A DNA stretch of 64,000 bases from Candidatus Gottesmanbacteria bacterium RIFCSPLOWO2_01_FULL_42_22 (lineage in GTDB: Bacteria; Patescibacteriota; Microgenomatia; 2-02-FULL-39-11): positions 614 through 64,613 of the forward strand of contig MFJU01000028.1 in the NCBI GenBank assembly GCA_001779315.1. Reading direction: 5' to 3'. This document shows positions 9,445 to 19,180 of the stretch, in pieces (position 1 is the stretch's first letter; each line of letters begins with the position of its first letter). A program made the position numbers and the translations under genes. Under the pieces are notes generated by a model. It ran no database searches. It saw only the letters and a list, made by a program, of their open reading frames with translations, and was not told the DNA's origin.

Positions 9445-9627
9445 ATGGCCGGCAAAACATTTAAGCAACATATTTTTTGGGCAACCAGCTTCAATCAAAT
9501 ACTGATTACGGGCTTGTGTTTCCTGTTGGTTTTTGTGGCTTTCCTCTATACCAGCTACTACTCTCCCACCTCCCAAGCAGCCAGTCCCAAGATGCCTTCT
9601 GATATCACCATTCCCTACGGAGACTGA
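9445..9627 (+). CDS. Small membrane protein
   Basis: One TM helix; TTGACA...GATAAT promoter directly upstream. Confidence 0.65.
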   Translation: MAGKTFKQHIFWATSFNQILITGLCFLLVFVAFLYTSYYSPTSQAASPKMPSDITIPYGD

Positions 9628-9682
9628 AAAACCGCTTTCTCCATTGACAGGCTTTCCGAATTCTTCCTAAAATGAATCAGAG

Positions 9683-10732
9683 ATGGCTTATTTCCGGGCC
9701 TGTTTACTGATTATCCTGTTTTTATTGACATTTCCGCCAAAGATTGCCGGCCAAACTCCCGCCATGCCTCAAATATCCTTTGGCAATCTTTTAGGCACGC
9801 CCAGCCCGGTCAGGAATCTTTCAGTTGAAGAAAGTAAAGCTATACGCGTCAAAAAATTCCTGGAGATTATTTCTGAAAACGGCAAAAAGTCCCTGGCCCA
9901 ATTTGAGAAAAAAAGCAAACTGCCCCAGGTTTCCGGAGAATCAAAAAGCCTTTCCGATAATATCGCTTCCTACCTCATTACACCCGTACCTACCCTCAAT
10001 CCTTATCTTGAGAATATTCTGGCCGAAACGACAGCCAACTCGAATCATATGGGCCTACCTAATTATATTGAGCCAAAATCCATTTATACTATTGCACTCC
10101 TGGGAGACTCCATGACAGATACTTTGGGTAAAGAACTTATACACTTGCGTATTCTGCTTAAGGAAAATTTTCCCGGCAAGCAGTTTTTTCTGCTTAATTA
10201 CGGCCAGGGAGCCACGGATATCGAAAGCGGTTTGAAAAGGCTGACTGAGAGAACCACATATTTAGGAGAGTCCTATGCTCCCCTGGTCGCCTACAAGCCG
10301 GATATTGTGGTGGTAGAATCTTTCGCCTATAACCATTGGGGAGCGGAATTGTCCGACCTCAATAGGCAATGGCTGGCTATCGCCCGCATCATCGAAACCA
10401 TCCGCTCATATTCCCCTGATACCCGGATTATTCTGGCCGCAACAATTTCCCCCAATGCATTTAAATTCGGAGACGGCATCCTCAATTGGTCAAAAGATAT
10501 GAAATGGGACGCCTCAATCACCACCAAAGCCTATCTCTCGAACCTGATTAATTTTGCCACCTCCCAAAACTATCCGCTGGCTGACGCCTATAGTGCCTCT
10601 TTGGGAGCTGACAGCCAGGGGCTTTCCCGGTATATCAATCCTGTCGACAACCTCCATCCTTCCGAAGAAGGCAAGATGCTTTATGCACATAAGATTACAG
10701 AAACAATCAAACTTCACAATCTGATAAGATAA
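9683..10732 (+). CDS. Secreted SGNH/GDSL-type hydrolase
   Basis: LLGDSMT (block I), NYGQG, FAYN, DNLHP (block V); signal peptide. Confidence 0.88.
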   Translation: MAYFRACLLIILFLLTFPPKIAGQTPAMPQISFGNLLGTPSPVRNLSVEESKAIRVKKFLEIISENGKKSLAQFEKKSKLPQVSGESKSLSDNIASYLITPVPTLNPYLENILAETTANSNHMGLPNYIEPKSIYTIALLGDSMTDTLGKELIHLRILLKENFPGKQFFLLNYGQGATDIESGLKRLTERTTYLGESYAPLVAYKPDIVVVESFAYNHWGAELSDLNRQWLAIARIIETIRSYSPDTRIILAATISPNAFKFGDGILNWSKDMKWDASITTKAYLSNLINFATSQNYPLADAYSASLGADSQGLSRYINPVDNLHPSEEGKMLYAHKITETIKLHNLIR

Positions 10733-10736
10733 AGAC

Positions 10737-11504
10737 ATGCTCTGTCCTGATTGCAATCATCTACTGCAGAAACTGTCGGTGACCACCAAAGAGGGAGGAC
10801 GATTTGAAGTGGACCACTGCGGACGCTGCGGCGGCACCTGGTTTGACCCCTATGAAATCAACCGCATCCCATACCATGAAGTGGTTTCCCTGGCTCAATT
10901 GACGGTGCTGCCTCTTAAAAAAACGCCGGTAACCCAAAAACAGTTGTGCCCGCAGGACCATCAGGAGCTTTCTCCCCTGACCGGCGATGCCGTACCCCGC
11001 TCAGTGAAGCTCTTAACCTGCAGGAAATGCTTAGGCATCTGGGCCTCTCAAAAAGACCTCTGGCAATTCAAAAAGCACCAGCAAGACGTCATATCAGCTT
11101 ATGATGAAGGCAATAAATTCTTTCCCAACCTTTCCGTGGTTTTTGTGCCGGCTGTGACACTACTGCTCTTATTAATAACCACATTTACTACCATTTCGGG
11201 GCTGCAGAAACAAAAGGAAGACAGAATCATGGCAGAGGAGATCATCTCCAACCTGTCCCTTTCCAGGATCGCCGACGAATCCCTGGGGGTAACTTTCGAA
11301 ACAGCCGTGTCTGTCACCTCGGAAATATACTTGGGAATATCCGAAACAGCCGTTGTCAGGATACCGGTTTCCCCGCTCCCTTCCGTTTCCCACGCCACCA
11401 TCGTCAGAGGACTAAAAAAAGGACAAACTTATACTTATCAGATTGTCGTGACCGACTCTTCCGGTAAAACCTACCGCAGTCAGTACCAAACCTTCAGATT
11501 CTAA
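10737..11504 (+). CDS. Double TFIIB-like Zn ribbon + TM + FN3-like domain protein
   Basis: CPDC...CGRCGGTWFD and CPQD...CRKCLGIW; TM helix; GLKKGQTYTYQIVVTD. Confidence 0.8.
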   Translation: MLCPDCNHLLQKLSVTTKEGGRFEVDHCGRCGGTWFDPYEINRIPYHEVVSLAQLTVLPLKKTPVTQKQLCPQDHQELSPLTGDAVPRSVKLLTCRKCLGIWASQKDLWQFKKHQQDVISAYDEGNKFFPNLSVVFVPAVTLLLLLITTFTTISGLQKQKEDRIMAEEIISNLSLSRIADESLGVTFETAVSVTSEIYLGISETAVVRIPVSPLPSVSHATIVRGLKKGQTYTYQIVVTDSSGKTYRSQYQTFRF

Positions 11505-11553
11505 ATTCCGACCCTTGACTTCGCAGCATTTTCTAGCTAGCTTAGACAAAGCT

Positions 11554-11784
11554 ATGCAGGTAAATATTTTTGAAGCCAAAACCAATCTCTCCAAACTTCT
11601 CGAACAAGTAGCTGAAGGCAAGGAAGTCGTTATCGCCAAAGCGGGAAAACCTATCGCCAAATTAGTTTCATACAAAGAAATACCTGCTCCCAGGAAATTA
11701 GGATTATGGAAAGGAAAAGTCTGGGTATCCAAAGACTTTGATGAAGAAGAGCCTGAAATAAACAAGCTTTTCTATGGGGAATAA
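11554..11784 (+). CDS. Phd/YefM-family antitoxin
   Basis: MQVNIFEAKTNLSKLLEQVAEGKEVVIAKAGKPIAKL. Confidence 0.9.
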   Translation: MQVNIFEAKTNLSKLLEQVAEGKEVVIAKAGKPIAKLVSYKEIPAPRKLGLWKGKVWVSKDFDEEEPEINKLFYGE

Positions 11785-11954
11785 CAAATATTTATTGGAT
11801 ACCAATATTTTTATCTGGGCAATGGGGAGAGAAGCAGACGACTTCCGCTTAAACTTATTCAACTTCTCCAAAATCCTCAAAATAGCATTTTTGTCAGTCT
11901 TTAGTTTCTGCTGATCATAATATCTGGCGCTATAAAATCAATTTACTCAAAGCC
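11774..11954 (+). pseudogene. VapC (PIN) toxin remnant with a frameshift and internal deletion
   Basis: KYLLDTNIFIWA, then in another frame LIQLLQNPQNSIFVS, then a PIN C-terminal LVSADHNIWRY; the middle of the domain is missing. Confidence 0.75.
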
Positions 11955-12614
11955 GAAAGGGACAGGCAAACGGAATACTGACCTGTGCAAGACACAACAG
12001 CCGTATTTTCCCAATGCTTTTATATGCAATTTAGTCCCGTATCCTTTATTCCTGCCCCATTTGTAGACCGGGAATTGCTTTGATAAATTTGCCATCAACC
12101 GGTCGCGGTAGACTTTGGCCATAATTGAGGCAGCGGCAATTGAAACTGATTTTTGATCGCCTTTGATAATATTCAGCTGGCGCCTCAATCCCCCGGGCAG
12201 ATGTTTCATCTTGTATCCGTCAATTATTATAAAATAAGACTTCCCATTCATTATTCCTAATTCCGAATTCATAATTCTTATAATTGCCCGCCTCATGGCC
12301 CTACCGGTCGCTCTGACAATGCCAAGAGTATCGATCTCTTCGACGCTTGCCTGCCCGATTGCGCTATTGAAATATTTCGGGATTATTTTCGCCAGAGCGC
12401 GCCGTTTTCCGGCACTCAATCTTTTGGAATCATCAATCCCCAATTTCAATATCGCTTCTTTAGAAGCGGGAGTTTTAATGAAGACCGCTCCGGCCACCAC
12501 CGGCCCTGCCAGGCTCCCCCGACCGACCTCATCCACCCCGACTACCGTCCCGATCCCCTGACGCCAGAATGACTCTTCGAATGAAAAATCCGGGAATTTT
12601 TTCACTACCTGCAT
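11943..12614 (-). CDS. rnhB: Ribonuclease HII
   Basis: GVDEVGRGSLAGPV, DDSKRL, IKGD, SIAAASIMAKVYRD, NKGYGT. Confidence 0.97.
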   Translation of the reverse strand: MQVVKKFPDFSFEESFWRQGIGTVVGVDEVGRGSLAGPVVAGAVFIKTPASKEAILKLGIDDSKRLSAGKRRALAKIIPKYFNSAIGQASVEEIDTLGIVRATGRAMRRAIIRIMNSELGIMNGKSYFIIIDGYKMKHLPGGLRRQLNIIKGDQKSVSIAAASIMAKVYRDRLMANLSKQFPVYKWGRNKGYGTKLHIKALGKYGCCVLHRSVFRLPVPFGFE

Positions 12615-12805
12615 TATAACTTTTGTTTTATAATACCCTCAATGAACCGTAAATTGATTAGATTTGTCTTTATCGCTGTTGGTAATAATTGTTGATGCTA
12701 TTCTTTACACAGTTTTATCCCACCAAAAATCCTGAAAAACCGAACATTCTTATCCCTTTATCTCTATTCATTTGATCTCATATTAATGCTATGATACGGG
12801 TATCT

Positions 12806-13192
12806 ATGAATCTTAATGAAAAAGATTTTGAAAAATTAAATAAATTGGGCATAGAATGTCTTATTTTATGCGGATCTCAAGCTCAAAAAGTCGTCAATAA
12901 CAAAAGCGATTACGATTTTTTGGTCCTGGGACCCAAAAATCAAAAAACTTACGACATCTTATATGACATGCTCTCGGAAAAAATTAACAAACTGACTGAT
13001 ATCGATATTGTTTTTGAATCAGCCGCGCCCATGGAGTTTAAACAGCATGCGGCAAAATACGGAATTGTATTATATGAAAAAAGTTCCTCAGTCTTTGCCG
13101 ATTTCAAACAAAAAGTGATGATTGAATATTCAGATTTCGCACCATATAGGGCAATTTTTTCCAATGCTACACTTGCCAGAATTCAGCCATGA
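12806..13192 (+). CDS. MNT nucleotidyltransferase antitoxin (MntA-like)
   Basis: GSQA...SDYDF, DIDIV; overlaps the downstream HEPN gene; start could be 12791. Confidence 0.85.
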   Translation: MNLNEKDFEKLNKLGIECLILCGSQAQKVVNNKSDYDFLVLGPKNQKTYDILYDMLSEKINKLTDIDIVFESAAPMEFKQHAAKYGIVLYEKSSSVFADFKQKVMIEYSDFAPYRAIFSNATLARIQP

Positions 13193-13647
13193 TCAAATTA
13201 AAACTGGAAAAAGATATTATTGTCAAAAGAATGGACGGAATTGAAAGTGAAATTGCCGATCTTAATAAATTAGCTGAAAAAAGCTTGTCTGAATTTACCA
13301 CCGGCGACGGTTGGAAACTGGCACAATTTCATCTTCACAGAGCGCTTGAAGGAGTATTTAATATCGGTTCGCATATCTTATCCAGAATCCCCGGAGCAAC
13401 AGCCACTCAATACAAGGAAATTGCCTTAAAACTGGCTGAATTCCATATTGTGCCCAAAGAATATGCTGAAAAAAAGTTGGTTGAAATGGCCAAATACCGT
13501 AATCGCCTTGTTCATTTTTATGCTGAAGTAAGCCCTGAAGAGCTGTATAAGATCATAAAAGAAAATCTGGGAGATTTTAATATATTTCTTTCATCAGTCA
13601 AAAAAGTTTTAACCGATCCTCAGCAATTTGATCTGGAAGTGGAATAA
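13189..13647 (+). CDS. HEPN (DUF86/HepT-like) RNase toxin
   Basis: Rx4H motif RNRLVHFY. Confidence 0.9.
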   Translation: MIKLKLEKDIIVKRMDGIESEIADLNKLAEKSLSEFTTGDGWKLAQFHLHRALEGVFNIGSHILSRIPGATATQYKEIALKLAEFHIVPKEYAEKKLVEMAKYRNRLVHFYAEVSPEELYKIIKENLGDFNIFLSSVKKVLTDPQQFDLEVE

Positions 13648-13920
13648 AGAAAAACTCTTTTAACCCGCCAAAAATTCCTGATTTTAATAACTCTTCTTGT
13701 CAAATTATAGGACTTGTTATAAAATACCCCAGGTTATCTAAAATCCCTGATCCTGCCCAAAATTTAATACCGATGTCAAAGTGTGATTTGGGTTATATAC
13801 CATATATAACTACTCTGCCCACCCCGTCTGCCGCAACTCTTCTATTGGAAAAAATTTCCCATAAACTCCACATCTTTATTTTATCTTATAGGACTTTTAT
13901 TCTTATTTGAAACCTGATTT

Positions 13921-14001
13921 CTCCTCGGATACACCTCCGAGGTGACAAAGCAACGACTTTGGCTCCTCGGATGGTGGAGGGATCTGACTCCCCCGAGGTG
14001 A
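13921..14001. repeat. Cluster of short ctcctcgg / ccgaggtg palindromic units
   Basis: ctcctcggat twice and ccgaggtga twice; related units at ~37218-37250 and ~22100. Confidence 0.55.
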
Positions 14002-14060
14002 AGGAATCAGAAATTGTTGAGATCGGAAAAGAGGAGGATAAAAAAACTTCCTTCTCTTTC

Positions 14061-14217
14061 CTGGTCTCTAACTAGGGATCAGAGGACGGGTCCCGGCTGA
14101 ATCCGGATTAACCAAGGCATTCGCGCCTGGAAAATCAGGACCCACAGCCGATGTCCCGTCATGTGTTGTGCTTACAACAGTCCGATCAAAGCATCGGACC
14201 GGTTGTAGCCATCGCAC
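14061..14217 (+). ncRNA. Candidate structured RNA of unknown family
   Basis: Three consecutive hairpins with G-U pairs favouring the + strand; no ORF. Confidence 0.4.
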
Positions 14218-14574
14218 CTTAACAAGTGAATGAAGGAATAATTAATAAGATTTAATTAAGTAATTAAGGGGATTTATTAAGGCAATAGGTAATAGGTACT
14301 AGATAAAAAGAAGTTCTTTGGTTACCTGGTTAGTTACTTGGTTAGTCGGATGGTAGACGGTATGGAGCGAGGTGGAACTTGGCTGATTGGAAAAAAATTC
14401 ATCTCCCCTGCCTGTTAGTAAACAGGATTGCCCTACGTTTGGAGGAACCGGAATTTAGCCTCAGATGAACACAATTTATCATCAGGTAAAAATAGTGTTC
14501 AGTCGATCCTGAGGCTCTGCTCCGGTTTCTCCAGCAATTTGGGAGAATAGAATTTTTTAGAAAAGGAAGGAGAT

Positions 14575-14718
14575 ATGCCAAGAAAAGATCCGGAAGGAAA
14601 GTCAATCAAGGAAGAAAGAAAACGGGAAAAGAGGTATATACCTCCGAAATATCGTCGTCAAGAAAGACAGAAAAAAATAACAAAGAGAGACCAGGAAGAA
14701 AAGGAGACTGAAAAATGA
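14575..14718 (+). CDS. Small highly charged protein (47 aa)
   Basis: MPRKDPEGKSIKEERKREKRYIPPKYRRQ...; AGGAAGGAG RBS; stop overlaps the next ATG. Confidence 0.6.
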   Translation: MPRKDPEGKSIKEERKREKRYIPPKYRRQERQKKITKRDQEEKETEK

Positions 14719-14867
14719 GTCCAAAAAATACAGATAAAAGAAAACCGGTCAAACCGGGGTCTCGAAAAGACCGCAAGGGGAGACAAAAAACAGCTGAGGA
14801 AGAAAGACAGCAAAAGGAAAGGGAGGAAAGGAGAAAAAATCCAATCTTACCTATTCGCGGTGAATGA
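14715..14867 (+). CDS. Small highly charged protein (50 aa)
   Basis: MSPKNTDKRKPVKPGSRKDRKGRQ...; AAGGAG RBS and ATGA coupling. Confidence 0.6.
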   Translation: MSPKNTDKRKPVKPGSRKDRKGRQKTAEEERQQKEREERRKNPILPIRGE

Positions 14868-15020
14868 TTTTTTTTCCGACAAGTCCTGCAATGCAGGACT
14901 TGTCTGGTCTCATTCTTTCATTTCAGGGTAAGGTGTCCCTGAATAACAAAAAAACACCCGGTTACGGATGTGTTTTCCGTAACTGCAACTCCTTTTTAGA
15001 CAGCGCAACAGGAGGTCCCC

Positions 15021-17621
15021 ATGCGCGCGCGTTTCATTTTTATCAGCGCGCTGGGAATCTTTTTCCTTGCGCTGCTGATAATTCTTTCGACAGACACCGC
15101 TTGCGCTGCAAGCGGTCAGCCTGGTCCCTGTTTCCTCTTCCCGGAGGGAACTGACTGGTACCTTGGCGGTCGCGGTTATCACAACGGCTGCGAAGGAACA
15201 AATATCCAGTGTGGACCGATTATGGGTTACGACTATATCGCTCCGTTAGGGACGCCAATATTGGCGCCATTCGACGGAACGGTTACGGCATCATGCCATC
15301 ACGACGGTGTCGGCAACACCGTCTTCAAGATGGTCTCCTCCGATGGTGAATGGGAGTTCGGTTCCCTCCATCAGGAGTGCAAAGTTTCAGGTCCTGTCAA
15401 AGTAAAAGCAGGACAAGTCGTCGCCTACGTCGATAAGATAGGAATGGCGAATGGGATTCCCCATTCGCATGCCTGGTTCCGAAACACCAGGACTGGTCAG
15501 AATACCTCGGATCACGATCAGTTCTGGGATTGTCTCGGCGACGGTCCTCCCCCTCCCGAACCGCCTCCGCCAGGACCCCCGCCAGAGGAAAAAGAATGGT
15601 GGGAAAAAATCATTGATATGATCGAGGAATTCCTTGGGGGAGTGGATCTGTCAAAGATAATCGAGGCGATAAAGAATTGGTTCAATTCGATCCACCAACC
15701 GGGAGAACCGCCGGAACCAACCCCGCCGGAAACCAAGGTCCATAAGTTCTCCATCTCGGCTCAAAAGCCCAGTAACGAAGGTTACCAGCATAACGTCCGG
15801 GCTTTCTTTGCCTGGGTCACCTCCGGGTATGACCTCGGCAAGATGAACGAGATGGACTTGAACAACTTCGAGGGCTCCTGGACTCTCGAAGGTAAGGAGC
15901 GGACAACCATCAACGCTGTCTTCGGTACTGAAAAGTACGAAGAGGGCCAAGGCATGGTTGTTCCTCCGGGCTATAAAATCGGCGATGGCGTCTGTAATGC
16001 CGCCTCGATCACCGCGTTTGTCATGGCTGATGCCGGTGTTCAGGTCGAGTGTGATACACCTGATCATCCGCCGATCCCAGGCGTACCCCAAGAATGGTGG
16101 TGCACGGTCTGCATCCCCAGCCCGACATACGGGCAGTGCCAAGTGCAGGACGTGCATATGGCCAATCTTGGCTACGAGAAAGTAACCCTCCATTGGAAAG
16201 TTACCGGTGACACTCTCAGCATGTGGGTGGAAACCGAAAAACCTCCAACAGGAGGAGGAACCAAAGTCGACTGGTTTAAAATCGGGATCATTATCGGGGT
16301 AGTCTTCCTGATAATATTCCTGGTTAGTCGACGGAAACCGGAGCTAGCCGGCCAGGCTCTTGTCTGGACCCTCGACCACAGAAAGACGGTCAAAGGGATC
16401 CTGCATGAGGCCTTCAAACTGGCCTGGAGTTGGTTCATCGTGGTGATCTCGGTGGCAGTAATCTTTACGCCACAGTTGCGCGAGATCGTGCGCTTGGGAT
16501 TTATCAAGTGGATCGGCGGAGACACGCTGATTCAGAACTGGCAGATAGCAGCTCTGCTGCTTGCCATCTTGGCAAATCTTTTAATACGCGCAAGGGTTGC
16601 CCGTAAACAACCTAAGCCACGAAAAACCGCTCTGGTGCAGCGGCCGGACGGAAAAGTAATTGAAGTAATCCCCCACCGCAGGAAGAGGCGCTGGCGCTGG
16701 CTCTGGCTGGCAGTTGCTGTACTCTTCATCATCAGCCCGCTGGATGGAGATATTCCGGTGGTTGATGCGGTGGCTTTATTGGTGGCGTTGTTCCTCTTCG
16801 CTAGAGGACGCGGCTGGAAATGGCTCGTAATACTTGGAGTCATCATAACCGTAGCCGTCCTTCTGTTTGGAGGATGGTTCAACGCTTTTAACCCCAGCTA
16901 TGTAACTTATACGGGTCTTTACGGGCATCTGGGCCCGGGCGGCTGGGGCAGCCTATCAGAGTACAGCACTCCGGAACAGGCTGTGGAAGCTGTACAAAAG
17001 TACGCAAGTGAAGTGGATGCCTGGAACGGCTCCCGCCTGACTGTCCCGGTGGTTAATCTCGTCGAAAGAAACGAAGACGAGGCAACCATTGAGGCGGTCA
17101 TCAAGGCGTGTCTGCCGGTCCGCTGCATCGTGATGCTGGACATTTCTCCCCAGGAGGATGTCTTGGCAATCATCGAAAAGTGGACTTGGTGGAATAACGT
17201 TTGGTTCGATGTCGATCTCGAGCACCGGCAGGGTCGGGATATCACCGACCTCGAACTGAACTTGTGGAGCGCCAAGTACTTCACCTTGCGGCTCTCCCGC
17301 GGATTGTACCTCCCCGGGGTATTTGCCTTTTATGATTTTCGGAGCAATCCGAAGATCTGGCCGAACAAGGCCGTCATCTGGCGATACCCTAACGGCATCG
17401 TTGTACCCATCTTTGATGGGCACTGCCAGGGGGAACAATCCTGCAAAGAAGTTAAGTACAACGCAACCCGGCTCTTTCTTAAGAACTACGAGAAAGCCCA
17501 AGAGTTCGGGTTGATGGAATTTGTGACCAGGTGGGGCTGCGGCTCCCAGTACGGCGATTGCGGCTTTACTCCGCAGGAGTACTGGCAAGAGTTCAAGCCC
17601 CTGATTTACCTGGCACAGTAA
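15021..17621 (+). CDS. Multidomain cell-envelope protein: M23 peptidase, VanW-like domain, TM bundle, putative hydrolase barrel
   Basis: M23: DYIAPLGTPILAPFDG...VKAGQVV...PHSH; VanW-like IGDGVCNAAS; several TM helices; C-terminal GLYGHLG...MLDI...DVDLEH; AGGAGG RBS. Confidence 0.8.
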   Translation: MRARFIFISALGIFFLALLIILSTDTACAASGQPGPCFLFPEGTDWYLGGRGYHNGCEGTNIQCGPIMGYDYIAPLGTPILAPFDGTVTASCHHDGVGNTVFKMVSSDGEWEFGSLHQECKVSGPVKVKAGQVVAYVDKIGMANGIPHSHAWFRNTRTGQNTSDHDQFWDCLGDGPPPPEPPPPGPPPEEKEWWEKIIDMIEEFLGGVDLSKIIEAIKNWFNSIHQPGEPPEPTPPETKVHKFSISAQKPSNEGYQHNVRAFFAWVTSGYDLGKMNEMDLNNFEGSWTLEGKERTTINAVFGTEKYEEGQGMVVPPGYKIGDGVCNAASITAFVMADAGVQVECDTPDHPPIPGVPQEWWCTVCIPSPTYGQCQVQDVHMANLGYEKVTLHWKVTGDTLSMWVETEKPPTGGGTKVDWFKIGIIIGVVFLIIFLVSRRKPELAGQALVWTLDHRKTVKGILHEAFKLAWSWFIVVISVAVIFTPQLREIVRLGFIKWIGGDTLIQNWQIAALLLAILANLLIRARVARKQPKPRKTALVQRPDGKVIEVIPHRRKRRWRWLWLAVAVLFIISPLDGDIPVVDAVALLVALFLFARGRGWKWLVILGVIITVAVLLFGGWFNAFNPSYVTYTGLYGHLGPGGWGSLSEYSTPEQAVEAVQKYASEVDAWNGSRLTVPVVNLVERNEDEATIEAVIKACLPVRCIVMLDISPQEDVLAIIEKWTWWNNVWFDVDLEHRQGRDITDLELNLWSAKYFTLRLSRGLYLPGVFAFYDFRSNPKIWPNKAVIWRYPNGIVVPIFDGHCQGEQSCKEVKYNATRLFLKNYEKAQEFGLMEFVTRWGCGSQYGDCGFTPQEYWQEFKPLIYLAQ

Positions 17622-17642
17622 AAATAAAAAAGAAAGGAGGTG

Positions 17643-17765
17643 ATGCCTGACATCCTTCCGCAGGACCGGACTGCGCGTTCCGATAGACTATCGGAAACTA
17701 ACCGTAATTCCGGAAACGGAATGAGCAATTCCAACTTATTCGGGCAAAATGCCCAAGGAGACTGA
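17643..17765 (+). CDS. Small polar peptide (40 aa)
   Basis: MPDILPQDRTARSD... fills the gap between two genes; AAGGAGGTG lies immediately before the ATG, with very short spacing. Confidence 0.4.
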   Translation: MPDILPQDRTARSDRLSETNRNSGNGMSNSNLFGQNAQGD

Positions 17766-17766
17766 A

Positions 17767-18357
17767 ATGAAGCTTTTTGAGCTTCTGACACATCTGTTTG
17801 AATGGTTGTTAGATCACCCGATTACCGCCCTTATCATCTTTGTCGGGATCGTAGTTACGGTTGTTTTAATCGTAATCTCGGTCAAATGGGCTAGGGGCGG
17901 TCCCAGATCCTTGGTGATCTTCGCTGTGAGCATCCTCTTCTTCGGGGTGTTCTTTCTCTGCCTGGTGGTCTCGATTATCTTTTCGAGCTGGGTCGGAACA
18001 TATTTGGCCAATCTAGTTATCACCAGGTATGGTCAAACGATAGAGGATGCAGAAAACATACTGCCGGATGGGATTCAGAGCGCACCCACGCCAGGAAGTG
18101 GCGGTAATGACGGTGGTGGCCAAAGCTGGCTCCCTGGACCATACGTGATTGACCACGCTTCCGGCTCATCCACCCTTCGTGAAGGATCAAGCGCAGAAAC
18201 ACAATCTCTTGGGGAGATCCCAAATGGCACTTCCGTTGAGGTCATCGAGTTTCAAGACAGCAACTGCCTCGATGAGGTGTGCTTTCGCGCACATATAAAA
18301 GCGCAAGGGAATTTTCCCGAAGGCTGGGTCCACGCTTCGACCCTCAAAAAGCCGTAG
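17767..18357 (+). CDS. Membrane protein with a C-terminal SH3b-like domain
   Basis: Two TM helices; LREGSS...LGEIPNGTSVEV...EGWVH; AAGGAG RBS before ATG 17767. Confidence 0.78.
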   Translation: MKLFELLTHLFEWLLDHPITALIIFVGIVVTVVLIVISVKWARGGPRSLVIFAVSILFFGVFFLCLVVSIIFSSWVGTYLANLVITRYGQTIEDAENILPDGIQSAPTPGSGGNDGGGQSWLPGPYVIDHASGSSTLREGSSAETQSLGEIPNGTSVEVIEFQDSNCLDEVCFRAHIKAQGNFPEGWVHASTLKKP

Positions 18358-18377
18358 CGTGTCCAGCTATCACCCCG

Positions 18378-18424
18378 AGCAGGCCGCCTGTCCTTACCCT
18401 AGCACTATCGCTAGGCGGCCTGCC
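18378..18424 (+). terminator. GC-rich hairpin after the SH3b gene
   Basis: gcaggccgcct...aggcggcctgc inverted repeat; no clear U tract. Confidence 0.4.
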
Positions 18425-18701
18425 TCGACGGCAAATCCTTCATTCACTAACCCGTGTCTGTGCTGCAACATATGAGTTTAAAAAGAGTCAATCCGGCCAA
18501 ATTAGGCCTCTATTCCTGAACAGGAAGACTCACTCACACAAGCAGCACAGACACAAATTTTTATATTGTTCCATTAAAAGGCAAATTGGATAATAATATT
18601 TACTTTGTCGCGTACACATGCTACAATTTGTTTTTTAATGATATAATATAACGAATTTTTTTGTATGAACTTTGATTATAAATTTCGTTAAGGAGGAAAA
18701 A

Positions 18702-19163
18702 ATGGTAGGAGAAGAAAATGGTATAGTTCGCTGGCATGAACAGGATAATTGGGGAGAATGGACAAATGAACAACAAAATCCTGAACAACCCCTTTCTGCA
18801 CCTGAACCAGGTGTTGATTACACAACAGGATTTGCCGGAAATGCCGGTAAAGAAATACGTGCTGTGGGTTCTGACCTTGGATATTTTACCGGACGAGGTG
18901 TACGAAACTTTGTATTGCAGGGATTGGCAGATTGGGCAAATCCGCCTGCAGAAGTGAAAGCTCGGAAAGTTCCAAAAGAAAAAGGCCCTTCATTCGGTCA
19001 AAAAGCCAGAGAAGCAACTGGCAGAGCTGCCAGAAGAGGGGCCAATGCTGCAATGCGTACCATCTTTGATTTCATGAGACGCCGATCTTCCGGCGAGGTT
19101 TCCCTCGGATTTCCTGTTGATGATATCGTGGAAGGTGAATTCAAAGACGTTACAGATCAATAA
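18702..19163 (+). CDS. Hypothetical protein
   Basis: AAGGAGG RBS before ATG 18702 (MVGEENG). Confidence 0.75.
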   Translation: MVGEENGIVRWHEQDNWGEWTNEQQNPEQPLSAPEPGVDYTTGFAGNAGKEIRAVGSDLGYFTGRGVRNFVLQGLADWANPPAEVKARKVPKEKGPSFGQKAREATGRAARRGANAAMRTIFDFMRRRSSGEVSLGFPVDDIVEGEFKDVTDQ

Positions 19164-19180
19164 TATTACATATATATAAT

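Noticed and set aside
14340-14600. RNase P or SRP RNA-like words
   Set aside because: Only short coincidental matches; conserved cores are absent and part overlaps a plausible small ORF.
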